43,396 bases of DNA from Chloroflexota bacterium (lineage in GTDB: Bacteria; Chloroflexota; Anaerolineae; Aggregatilineales; UBA2796). Below, one piece after another: positions 8,889 to 16,432 of this stretch (within the stretch, counting starts at the first letter, position 1; every line of letters begins with the position of its first letter). The DNA lies in contig RFIM01000107.1 in the NCBI GenBank assembly GCA_003695215.1, positions 1 to 43,396 on the forward strand. Reading direction: 5' to 3'. The position numbers were made by a program, and so were the translations under genes. The notes under the pieces are model-generated. The model had not been told where the DNA came from, searched no databases, and saw only the letters and a program-made list of their open reading frames with translations.

Positions 8889-11129
8889 CTAGCGCGCTTG
8901 TGGTAAGGTCTTCAAGACCACAACAGTGATATCATCCTGCGCTTCTTGCCCATTGAGGTGTGCGTGAACAGCGGCCAGGATGCTATCAGCGATCTGATCG
9001 GCGCTAGCCTCAGGCGGTTGCGCCGCTAGCAGGGCTTCAAAGCGCTCAAAGCCGAACAAGTTATCATTGCGATCCTTGGCTTCGATCACGCCGTCTGTCA
9101 CGAAGACAATGAGCGACTCAGGCATCAGAGTGAGCGATTCGGCTCTGTAGGAAACGTGCTCTGCCGCGCCTAGCGGATAGCCACTCACCTCGATCTCTTG
9201 CCAGCGCGCTGACTGTCCGTTGGTGCGCACATAAGGCGCGAGCATGCCGCCAGCGGCGATCTCGGCCCGCTGTGTGTGCGGATCGAAGATGGTGATCAGC
9301 AAGCCACTGTTCATTTGGTTCTGGCGCATACGTTCCAGCAGGCGCTGATTGAGTTCGCTCAGCAAGCCTGAGGGCGAATCGGCGCGCAGAATCTCATCGC
9401 GCAGGGCTGTAGTGATGACCGCCATCAGCAGCGCAGCCGGTATACCTTTGCCGCTCACATCGCCGACAGCAACGCCCAGCTTGCCGTTTGGCAACACGAA
9501 GTATTGATAGTAATCGCCGCTGACTTGACGCGCCGGTATCGAGCGCGCCGCGATCTGCACTTGCGGAATTGGCGGTGGCTCCTGCGGCAAAAGGCTGGTC
9601 TGAATGGCGCGCGCCGTCTCTAGCTCAGCTTCGTAGACGCGAATCTGCAGCTCGTGCGAGCGTGCGTTCTGAATAGCGACGCCCGCCTGGTCAGCAAAGG
9701 CGACAGCCACTGCCACATCGTCTTCGGTATAGCTATTCAACTGATGGCTGTTGATGTTCAGCACACCGACCACTTGATCGCGCACGCGCAGCGGCACGCC
9801 CAGCCACGATCGAATCGGGCTGTTCGGCAGCGCCTGCCAACGCGGATCGTTCAGGCAGTCGGCAATGACGATCGGCGCGTTTTTCTCGAAGACTTCGCGC
9901 GCGCCTTTGATGGCGTCAATTGGCAGGCGCTGTGGCGCTTGAGTCGCCTGGTGCGCGCCGCTTTCCGCCACAATCTCAAACTGCTGAGCGTCTTCATCCA
10001 CTAAGAAGATCGAAGCGCTATCATAGCGGACGACGCTGCTCAAGTTTGCCAAGATGCGCTCTAGGACTGTGTTCAGCTCCAAGCTGGAATTGAGCGCCCG
10101 CGAGATATCCAGCAGCGTGTTGGCTGTCTCGCGCCGTCCTTCTTCGCGCCGCCGCCGATTGGCTTCGGCCAGCAAGAAGCCGCCGACCAGCAAGCCGAAG
10201 AGCGCCACAAAAGCGATCACGCCAAAGCTGAAGAGCGCGATCAGCTGCAGCGTGCCCGCCACCACTTGATTGGCCTCTTCGAAGGTGCGGCTCAAGACTA
10301 GCACTAGTGAGCCGACGCTGGTGCGGCTCTGGGTGAAGGATGTATAGACAGGCGCTACCACAGCCTCGCGGTCAGCCGAAGGATAGCCCGTCAGCGTGGT
10401 TGTCTCAGTCAAATTGACGATCTGAGCTGTGCCTGCGCGGAATTCAGGCTCTGGGCGCGCGCTATAGAGCTGCACACCGCTTGTGGTCAGCACCCAGATT
10501 TGCCCGCTCCTGCCGATATCGACACTGCTGAGGAAATTGTTGAGATAGCCGACCAAGTCCAGCTCAAGGGCCAGAACTTCGTTGATGCCAAGCCCTGTAT
10601 TGACGGGCGTGACCAATAAATAAGCGACGCCAAGCCCTGTGGAACGGCGTGTGAACTGAATGCCGCCGCCATTGACAATATCGCTGATCCAGGCCGCATC
10701 AGCCGACCAAGGTAGCGCCTGCCCTGCCTGAATGCGCTGATTGTACTCAGGTGGGTAGGCGTAGCGCGGCGAGCCATCGCGAGCCAGGCGCACAATTGCC
10801 TTGATCTCGCCATTCGAGGCTTTGGCGGCTTCCTCCAGCAAGCTGAGCGCAGTCTCGCGGCTGGCAGCCACGCTTTGAATGGCAGGGCGTGAGGCAAGGC
10901 TGATCAGCACGTTCGAATAGGTGTTGAAGAAGTTCTCGATGCGCCGCGCCAAAGAGCCTGCCAGCAGGCGTTGCGCCTCGGCTGAGCGTTCCTGAGCAGC
11001 TGAGGTGATCGCGCCTGCAGGGATGAAGGTCAAAAAGCCGATCAGTGCCATCAGCAATAGCACAGCGACCGTGATCACAATCAACGGGCGCGCGGTGCGA
11101 TGATCCGAGAACAGACTGCGTGTTGCCAC
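8889..11129 (-). CDS. membrane sensor PP2C/SpoIIE-type (RsbU-like) phosphatase: TM, Cache-like extracytoplasmic domain, TM, GAF, PP2C
   Basis: Two TM helices flank a ~260-aa extracytoplasmic region. GAF signature SWLGVPLRVRDQVVGVLNI..AGVAIQNA. PP2C motifs ARAIQTSLLP, VSGDYY, GDVSGKG, TDGVIEA, QDDIT. Confidence 0.92.
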   Translation of the reverse strand: MATRSLFSDHRTARPLIVITVAVLLLMALIGFLTFIPAGAITSAAQERSAEAQRLLAGSLARRIENFFNTYSNVLISLASRPAIQSVAASRETALSLLEEAAKASNGEIKAIVRLARDGSPRYAYPPEYNQRIQAGQALPWSADAAWISDIVNGGGIQFTRRSTGLGVAYLLVTPVNTGLGINEVLALELDLVGYLNNFLSSVDIGRSGQIWVLTTSGVQLYSARPEPEFRAGTAQIVNLTETTTLTGYPSADREAVVAPVYTSFTQSRTSVGSLVLVLSRTFEEANQVVAGTLQLIALFSFGVIAFVALFGLLVGGFLLAEANRRRREEGRRETANTLLDISRALNSSLELNTVLERILANLSSVVRYDSASIFLVDEDAQQFEIVAESGAHQATQAPQRLPIDAIKGAREVFEKNAPIVIADCLNDPRWQALPNSPIRSWLGVPLRVRDQVVGVLNINSHQLNSYTEDDVAVAVAFADQAGVAIQNARSHELQIRVYEAELETARAIQTSLLPQEPPPIPQVQIAARSIPARQVSGDYYQYFVLPNGKLGVAVGDVSGKGIPAALLMAVITTALRDEILRADSPSGLLSELNQRLLERMRQNQMNSGLLITIFDPHTQRAEIAAGGMLAPYVRTNGQSARWQEIEVSGYPLGAAEHVSYRAESLTLMPESLIVFVTDGVIEAKDRNDNLFGFERFEALLAAQPPEASADQIADSILAAVHAHLNGQEAQDDITVVVLKTLPQAR

Positions 11130-11165
11130 TTGACCGAGTCCTTTTCATCAAGCGCCATGGCCGCG

Positions 11166-11174
11166 ATTATAACA
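11166..11174 (-). promoter_or_regulatory. extended -10 promoter for the phosphatase-BMP-kinase operon
   Basis: Minus strand TGtTATAAT about 36 nt upstream of the GTG start. Confidence 0.5.
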
Positions 11175-11293
11175 CGCTACAAAGCAGAGACAATTTTCTG
11201 CGCTCGGCAAGGCGCGTAAATCGGCTCAGCAACCATGCGCTTTCAAGATCAACGTATACTTAGGTGAACGGATCGCCTACAGGACAACCATTT

Positions 11294-12211
11294 ATGGAAA
11301 GCCTATCCGCGCTTGAGCGCGCCATTTTGCACACCTTGCTTTACGCCGATATCTTCGATTTTGCGCTAACAGAGGCCGAGATACATCACTTTTTGATTGG
11401 CTGTGCCGCTGACCTGCCGAGCGTACAGGCTGCGCTGCACGGCTCGGCGCGCTTGGCAGGCTATGTGGAATATTGCGAAGGCTTCTGGACGTTGCGCGGG
11501 CGCGCCGCGCTGAGCGCTGTTCGGCGCAGCCGCGAAGCCGCTTCGCAGGCGCTGTGGCCTGTGGCACGCTTTTACGGCAAGCTCTTGGCGCACCTGCCAT
11601 TCGTGCGCATGGTCGCCCTGACAGGCTCGCTGGCTGTGCGCGGCGCTTATCATGCGCAAGATGACATAGATTTTCTGCTGGTCACAGTGCCGAATCGCGT
11701 GTGGTTAGCGCGCTTGCTGGCAATTGGTGTAGTGCGCTTGGCGCGGCTGCGCGGCATGCGGCTGTGCCCGAACTATGTGCTTTCCGAGAGCGCTTTAGCG
11801 CAAACGCAGCGCGATATTTACATGGCGCACGAATTGGCTCAGATGGTTCCGCTGGCAGGGCACGCGCTTTACGCGGCCATGCGCGCCGAAAATCGCTGGA
11901 CGCAGGCTTTCTTGCCTAACGCTGAGCAGCCATTCTACTGCATCGCAGAGAGCACGCCGTGCGGCATTGGGCGCGCTTTGCAAGGCTTAGCTGAGGCAGC
12001 TCTGCGCGGCAAGCTCGGCGATTGGCTGGAGCACTGGGAAAGGCGCCGCAAAGCGCGCAAGCTGATGGCTCAGCAAACGGCGCACAGCGCCGCGCAGCTT
12101 GATTCCGAGCGCGTGAAAGGGCATTTCCAGGATCACGGCGCGCGGATTCGAGAAGCCTATGCGCACAAATTGCGCGACTACGCGCTGACTGAAGCTATGT
12201 CAAGCGACTAG
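11294..12211 (+). CDS. Pol-beta-superfamily nucleotidyltransferase-domain protein of unknown function
   Basis: PFVRMVALTGSLA..DDIDFLLV matches the GS..DxD signature. N-terminal TLLYADIFDFAL segment. Start placed at ATG 11294 after AGGA. Confidence 0.75.
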   Translation: MESLSALERAILHTLLYADIFDFALTEAEIHHFLIGCAADLPSVQAALHGSARLAGYVEYCEGFWTLRGRAALSAVRRSREAASQALWPVARFYGKLLAHLPFVRMVALTGSLAVRGAYHAQDDIDFLLVTVPNRVWLARLLAIGVVRLARLRGMRLCPNYVLSESALAQTQRDIYMAHELAQMVPLAGHALYAAMRAENRWTQAFLPNAEQPFYCIAESTPCGIGRALQGLAEAALRGKLGDWLEHWERRRKARKLMAQQTAHSAAQLDSERVKGHFQDHGARIREAYAHKLRDYALTEAMSSD

Positions 12212-12433
12212 TTCAAGCGCTATGTAGGCTAGCGCATGCTGGTAGGATGTCAGCTAGAGCACGATCAGCCTCAATCCGATTATTCTTAGTTTCGATACCT
12301 TGAGCATTCTCGATCAGTGATGCGCGCCGAGCGCTCTATAGTCTATAGGCGAATGGCGCAGAGGCAGGCAGAAGACCTGCCCGATGTGCTACAATCTTTG
12401 ATGTAAAAAAGCCTTTTTGAGGAGATTGAAAAA

Positions 12434-13486
12434 ATGCCTTCTCTGGTCACTATAGAGCGCCATATTATTGATCAGCAGCGCCAATATCCGAACGCAACTG
12501 GCACTTTCACTCAAATTTTGCAGGATATGGCGCTGGCCGCCAAGATTATCGCCCGTGAAGCGCGCCGCGCAGGTTTGGTCAATGTGCTGGGCGCTGCGGG
12601 CACGCTGAATGCCTCTGGCGAGATGCAACAGAAGCTGGACATCTTCGCTGATCAGATCATCTTCAAGATGAACGATCACACTGGTCGGCTGTGCGTCATG
12701 GCTTCTGAGGAGCATGAGGATATCTTGCCGATTCCGCCGCATTTTCCCTGCGGGCGCTACGCTTTGGTCTTCGATCCACTTGACGGCTCAGGCAACCCTG
12801 ATGTGAACGCCAGCATCGGCACGATCTTCGCGCTTTTCCGCAAGATCAGCTCGGGCGAGCGCGGCGAGCTGGTTGATGTGCTGCAATCAGGGCGCGCGAT
12901 CGCCGCGGCCGGCTATATCGTCTACGGCCCAAGCACGATGATGGTCTACTCAACAGGGCAAGGCGTGCATGGCTTCACACTGGACTCATCGCTCGGCGAG
13001 TTCATCCTGAGCCATCCTGATATGCGCATTCCGAGCGCGCCGCGCTACTACAGCACCAATCAGGGCAACGAGCGCCACTGGACGCAAGGCGTGCGCAATT
13101 TCGTCAGCTGGCTGCAGGCAAAAGAGGATCCGCAGCGCAAGCCGCTAGATGGGCGCTACATGGGCGCGCTGGTAGCGGATTTCCACCGCATCTTGCTCAA
13201 GGGCGGCATTTACTTGTATCCAGGCAATCTGCAGAATCCAGCGGGCAAGTTGCGCCTGATTTACGAGTGCGCGCCGCTAGCTTATTTGATCGAACAGGCA
13301 GGCGGCTACGCCTCTGATGGCCTAGGCAACATTCTGGACATCCAGCCGCACACGCTGCATCAACGCGTGCCGCTCTTCATCGGCGACCGCAGCTTGGTTG
13401 AGCAGGCAGAGCGCTTCATCCAAGCGCACGATGCCGAGTGGATCGCGGCATACCGCGCCATGCGCGAATCGCCTGTGCGCCAATGA
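12434..13486 (+). CDS. fbp: fructose-1,6-bisphosphatase class 1
   Basis: [52 protein letters not shown] and upstream TGcTACAAT. Confidence 0.96.
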   Translation: MPSLVTIERHIIDQQRQYPNATGTFTQILQDMALAAKIIAREARRAGLVNVLGAAGTLNASGEMQQKLDIFADQIIFKMNDHTGRLCVMASEEHEDILPIPPHFPCGRYALVFDPLDGSGNPDVNASIGTIFALFRKISSGERGELVDVLQSGRAIAAAGYIVYGPSTMMVYSTGQGVHGFTLDSSLGEFILSHPDMRIPSAPRYYSTNQGNERHWTQGVRNFVSWLQAKEDPQRKPLDGRYMGALVADFHRILLKGGIYLYPGNLQNPAGKLRLIYECAPLAYLIEQAGGYASDGLGNILDIQPHTLHQRVPLFIGDRSLVEQAERFIQAHDAEWIAAYRAMRESPVRQ

Positions 13487-13499
13487 TCTAGGGCTGCTG

Positions 13500-13532
13500 T
13501 TCCCTTTCCCTACCAACAGCAGGGAAAGGGAA
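13500..13532. repeat. 12-bp inverted repeat downstream of fbp
   Basis: TTCCCTTTCCCT-N9-AGGGAAAGGGAA; no U-tract. Confidence 0.6.
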
Positions 13533-13566
13533 TCGCGCTCAGGTGCACTTCCGAAGCCGTCTTCGC

Positions 13567-13595
13567 TTGACAATCCGCCCGATCCTGTCTATTAT
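13567..13595 (+). promoter_or_regulatory. sigma70-type promoter for the oxidase subunit III/IV pair
   Basis: TTGACA-17 nt-TATTAT. Confidence 0.6.
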
Positions 13596-13647
13596 CCTCA
13601 GACAAGCGAACGTTCCCCGTTTAAGAGAGATCGCACAGGCGAGTGAA

Positions 13648-14298
13648 ATGCAGCAAGAGACGACTTTGACCAAAGTGGCAAGCCATGCGCCAAGCGTGGC
13701 AGAACCTGCAGCTGAACATGCCGAGCATCATGTTGACCATCTCAAGATGGCGAGCTTCACCTACAACATCGAGAACAGCAAAATGGCGATGTGGCTGTTC
13801 CTCGCCTCTGAAATGTTCTTGTTTTCGGTGCTGATCATCGCCTATATCATCGCCCGCTATGCGCACCCTGAAGAACACGCGCAGCTGAACGTGCCCTTGA
13901 CCAGCATCAACACCTTCATCCTGCTGCTGAGCAGCTTCAGCGTGGTCTGGGCGCTCTCAGGCGTGCAAATGGGCAACCAGACTCGCCTGTTGCGCGGCTT
14001 GGCAGGCGTGATCGTGCTAGGCTCGATCTTCTTCTTGCTAATGATGTATGAGTACTCAGAGTTGAGCCATCATGGCATCACCTTGGCGCATCCATTCGGC
14101 ATGGCCTTCTACGCGCTGACGGGCTTGCACGGCGCGCACGTCCTGATCGGCTTAGTATGGGCCATCTACGTCTTCAACCGCGCCTTCAACGGCGTTTACA
14201 CCAAAGAGAGCTACTGGGGCGTGGAATTCTGGGGCTTGTACTGGCACTTCGTGGACGTGGTCTGGATTTTCATCTTCACTGTGGTCTATTTGCTCTGA
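13648..14298 (+). CDS. ctaE: heme-copper (cytochrome c) oxidase subunit III
   Basis: MWLFLASEMFLF, INTFILLLSS, FYALTGLHGAHV, GLYWHFVDVVWIFIF. Five TM helices. Confidence 0.9.
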   Translation: MQQETTLTKVASHAPSVAEPAAEHAEHHVDHLKMASFTYNIENSKMAMWLFLASEMFLFSVLIIAYIIARYAHPEEHAQLNVPLTSINTFILLLSSFSVVWALSGVQMGNQTRLLRGLAGVIVLGSIFFLLMMYEYSELSHHGITLAHPFGMAFYALTGLHGAHVLIGLVWAIYVFNRAFNGVYTKESYWGVEFWGLYWHFVDVVWIFIFTVVYLL

Positions 14299-14312
14299 GG
14301 AAGCGCGAAATT

Positions 14313-14624
14313 ATGGCAGAACCGAAGCAACTTACAAGCGGCAGCGCACACGCCGAGCCTCACAGCGCCAGGCATGCCACACCAGGCACGTATGTCGCAG
14401 TGCTGGGCGCGCTGGCAGTGCTGACCTTGATCGAGCTGATCGTGGTCTACCTGCCATTTCTCGGTCAAATCCTGTTGTTGGTGATCGCCACAGCTAAAGC
14501 CTGGTTAGTGCTGCAGTTCTACATGCACCTGCGCTACGAGCGGAAAATCCTCACGTGGATTTTCTTGATGCCTGCGATTGCCGTCGGCATTCTGACAGCC
14601 ATCATGCAGTTTTTCGTCCGCTGA
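14313..14624 (+). CDS. heme-copper oxidase subunit IV (CtaF/CyoD-like)
   Basis: Three TM helices with KAWLVLQFYMHLRYE. ATG 14313 follows a GAGG RBS directly after subunit III. Confidence 0.85.
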   Translation: MAEPKQLTSGSAHAEPHSARHATPGTYVAVLGALAVLTLIELIVVYLPFLGQILLLVIATAKAWLVLQFYMHLRYERKILTWIFLMPAIAVGILTAIMQFFVR

Positions 14625-14638
14625 CTGAATTCACGCGC

Positions 14639-15106
14639 TCAGCCTGCCTGTGCTGAGCGCGCTGCCTGCGCTTTGTGCTCAGCAACTTGCGCCAAGGCCT
14701 CTTCGAAGGTTTCCACAAAGCGATGCTTGGCTGTCTTGTTGGCAGTCTTATAGAGGCGCACGATCACGTCCAGAAAAGTGCGGATGACGTCGCTTTGGCG
14801 CACGAAGATGGCTAGCACTTCGTTGGGCGGATCGGTTTGCATCATTTGGCGCAAAGCGCTGAGTGCGTTACCACCTCGTGGCGCGAAACGCGCATAACGG
14901 TCGTGTGTGATGATGGTATAAACAGGCTGCGGCGCCTTAGCGACGATCAGCGGATTCATCACGTTCACAATGCTCACAGTCGCTTCTTCCCACGTCCAGC
15001 GATCCAGCACCTGCAAGACCAGAATGGTCTGCTCAGGATCGTACCAGCCGATGCGCAGATGCTTCCGCTCGCTCTCCCAGACAATTTGGTCTAGCTGTAG
15101 GCTCAT
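14639..15106 (-). CDS. hypothetical protein, possibly SpoIIAA-like (STAS/SEC14) fold
   Basis: GAGG RBS. The pattern W..PEQTIL..RWTWEE..FVETFEEAL resembles small alpha/beta SpoIIAA-like proteins (recognition only). Confidence 0.65.
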   Translation of the reverse strand: MSLQLDQIVWESERKHLRIGWYDPEQTILVLQVLDRWTWEEATVSIVNVMNPLIVAKAPQPVYTIITHDRYARFAPRGGNALSALRQMMQTDPPNEVLAIFVRQSDVIRTFLDVIVRLYKTANKTAKHRFVETFEEALAQVAEHKAQAARSAQAG

Positions 15107-15211
15107 CAGTTACCTCGTCATGGCAATGCACGTGGCTAGAGCATAGGCGTTCGGAGAAGGTTTCAGCAATAGCTTTGGCCGAAAAACTAGCCTGCGTTTG
15201 TGAGGATTGAC

Positions 15212-15240
15212 AAAAAGGCGGAGCCTCGAGGCTCCGCCTT
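15212..15240 (-). terminator. intrinsic terminator of the amino-acid binding protein gene
   Basis: Perfect palindrome AAGGCGGAGCCTCGAGGCTCCGCCTT ending in a T-tract on the minus strand, 17 nt after the stop codon. Confidence 0.85.
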
Positions 15241-15257
15241 ACGCGTTTCTGAGCGGT

Positions 15258-16295
15258 TTAGCGGTAAGGTGGCGCGTAGAGCAAGCCGCCCTGCGTCCAG
15301 AGCTTGTTCGGGCCGCGTGCGACGCCCAAGGCGCCCAGGTTACGCTCGTAAATCTCGCCGTAGTTGCCCACAGCTTTGATCACGTTGATCGCCCAGTCTT
15401 TCTCCAAGCCCAAGAAGGTATGCAGCTCGCCTTCCACGCCCAGCAAGCGCTTTGCTTCTGGTGGCAGCTTGGCATCAGCGGCCATCATCTCGACATTCTC
15501 GCTGGTCAAGCCGTATTCTTCAGCGATGATGGTCGCATAGGTGACCCAGCGCACCAAATCGCCCCATTGGGCGTCGCCGGCTTTGTAGACGGGCGCTAAT
15601 GGCTCTTTGGAGAAGTTCTCATCGAACAGCACCCACTCGGCGCCCTGCGGCGAAGTGGCCTGACGTGAGGCCAGCTGCGAGCGGTCTGAGGTCACGGCTT
15701 GGCAGCTACCGGCGATGAACGCCTCGAAGACCAGGTTGACATCGTCGTAAGGCGTCACTGTGGCCTTAATGCCGCTTGTAGCGATGATATCTGAGAGGTT
15801 CGCCTCAGTAGTGGTGCCTTTGATGACGCAGATGGTCGCGCCGTCAAGGTCTTTGACCGTGCTGAGGTTATCAGCGCGGCGCACCAGGAAGGTCTGGCCG
15901 TCATAGAAGATCGTCGGGCCGAAGTCGGCGCCTTGGCGCGTATCGCGCTCAAAGGTGTTGGTGGTGTTGCGGATCAGCACGTCAATCTGCTCGGCCTGGA
16001 TAGCAGGGAAGCGGTCAGCCGCGCTGATCGGCTTGAATTCGACTTTAGTCGGGTCGCCGAAGATGGCAGCAGCAATAGCGCGGCAGAAGTCGGCATCGAA
16101 GCCTGTGACCGTGCCATCAGGCGCTACTAAGCCGAAGCCTGCCAGGCCGCCGTTCACGCCGCAGATCAAGTTGCCACGTGCTTTCACGCGCGCTAACAAG
16201 CCTTCCTGGGCGTCAGCCACGTTCGGCAATGCCACGCTGGCTGCTAAAACGGCCACTAATGTGATCAAAACGAACTTTGCTCCACGAAAATTCAT
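15258..16295 (-). CDS. general L-amino-acid ABC transporter substrate-binding protein (AapJ/BztA-like)
   Basis: Signal peptide, RGNLICGVN, GFDADFCRAIAAA, RNTT, SKEPLAP, VGNYGEIYERNLG, GGLLYAPPYR. AGGAG RBS. Confidence 0.92.
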   Translation of the reverse strand: MNFRGAKFVLITLVAVLAASVALPNVADAQEGLLARVKARGNLICGVNGGLAGFGLVAPDGTVTGFDADFCRAIAAAIFGDPTKVEFKPISAADRFPAIQAEQIDVLIRNTTNTFERDTRQGADFGPTIFYDGQTFLVRRADNLSTVKDLDGATICVIKGTTTEANLSDIIATSGIKATVTPYDDVNLVFEAFIAGSCQAVTSDRSQLASRQATSPQGAEWVLFDENFSKEPLAPVYKAGDAQWGDLVRWVTYATIIAEEYGLTSENVEMMAADAKLPPEAKRLLGVEGELHTFLGLEKDWAINVIKAVGNYGEIYERNLGALGVARGPNKLWTQGGLLYAPPYR

Positions 16296-16388
16296 CGTTC
16301 GCCACTCCTGTTAAGGGATTCTTGAGAAGGCACTTCAAGTTTAGCAGAAGCAAGCTCGCAGTGCAAAAGACTTTGGGCAATTTGCCCG

Positions 16389-16422
16389 AAAAAAACGCCT
16401 GCACTGAACTTCAGTGCAGGCG
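16389..16422 (-). terminator. intrinsic terminator of the PBP gene
   Basis: CGCCTGCACTGAA-C-TTCAGTGCAGGCG followed by T7 on the minus strand. Confidence 0.88.
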
Positions 16423-16432
16423 CGGCACGGCA

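Noticed and set aside
11294-12211. Nucleotidyltransferase as an MNT-HEPN toxin-antitoxin or CBASS component
   Set aside because: There is no HEPN (RxxxxH) partner, effector or other defence gene adjacent, and composition matches the host.
15258-16295. AapJ-like binding protein without permease genes
   Set aside because: Solitary amino-acid binding proteins with their own terminator are common, and it has no signalling neighbour, unlike the BMP gene.
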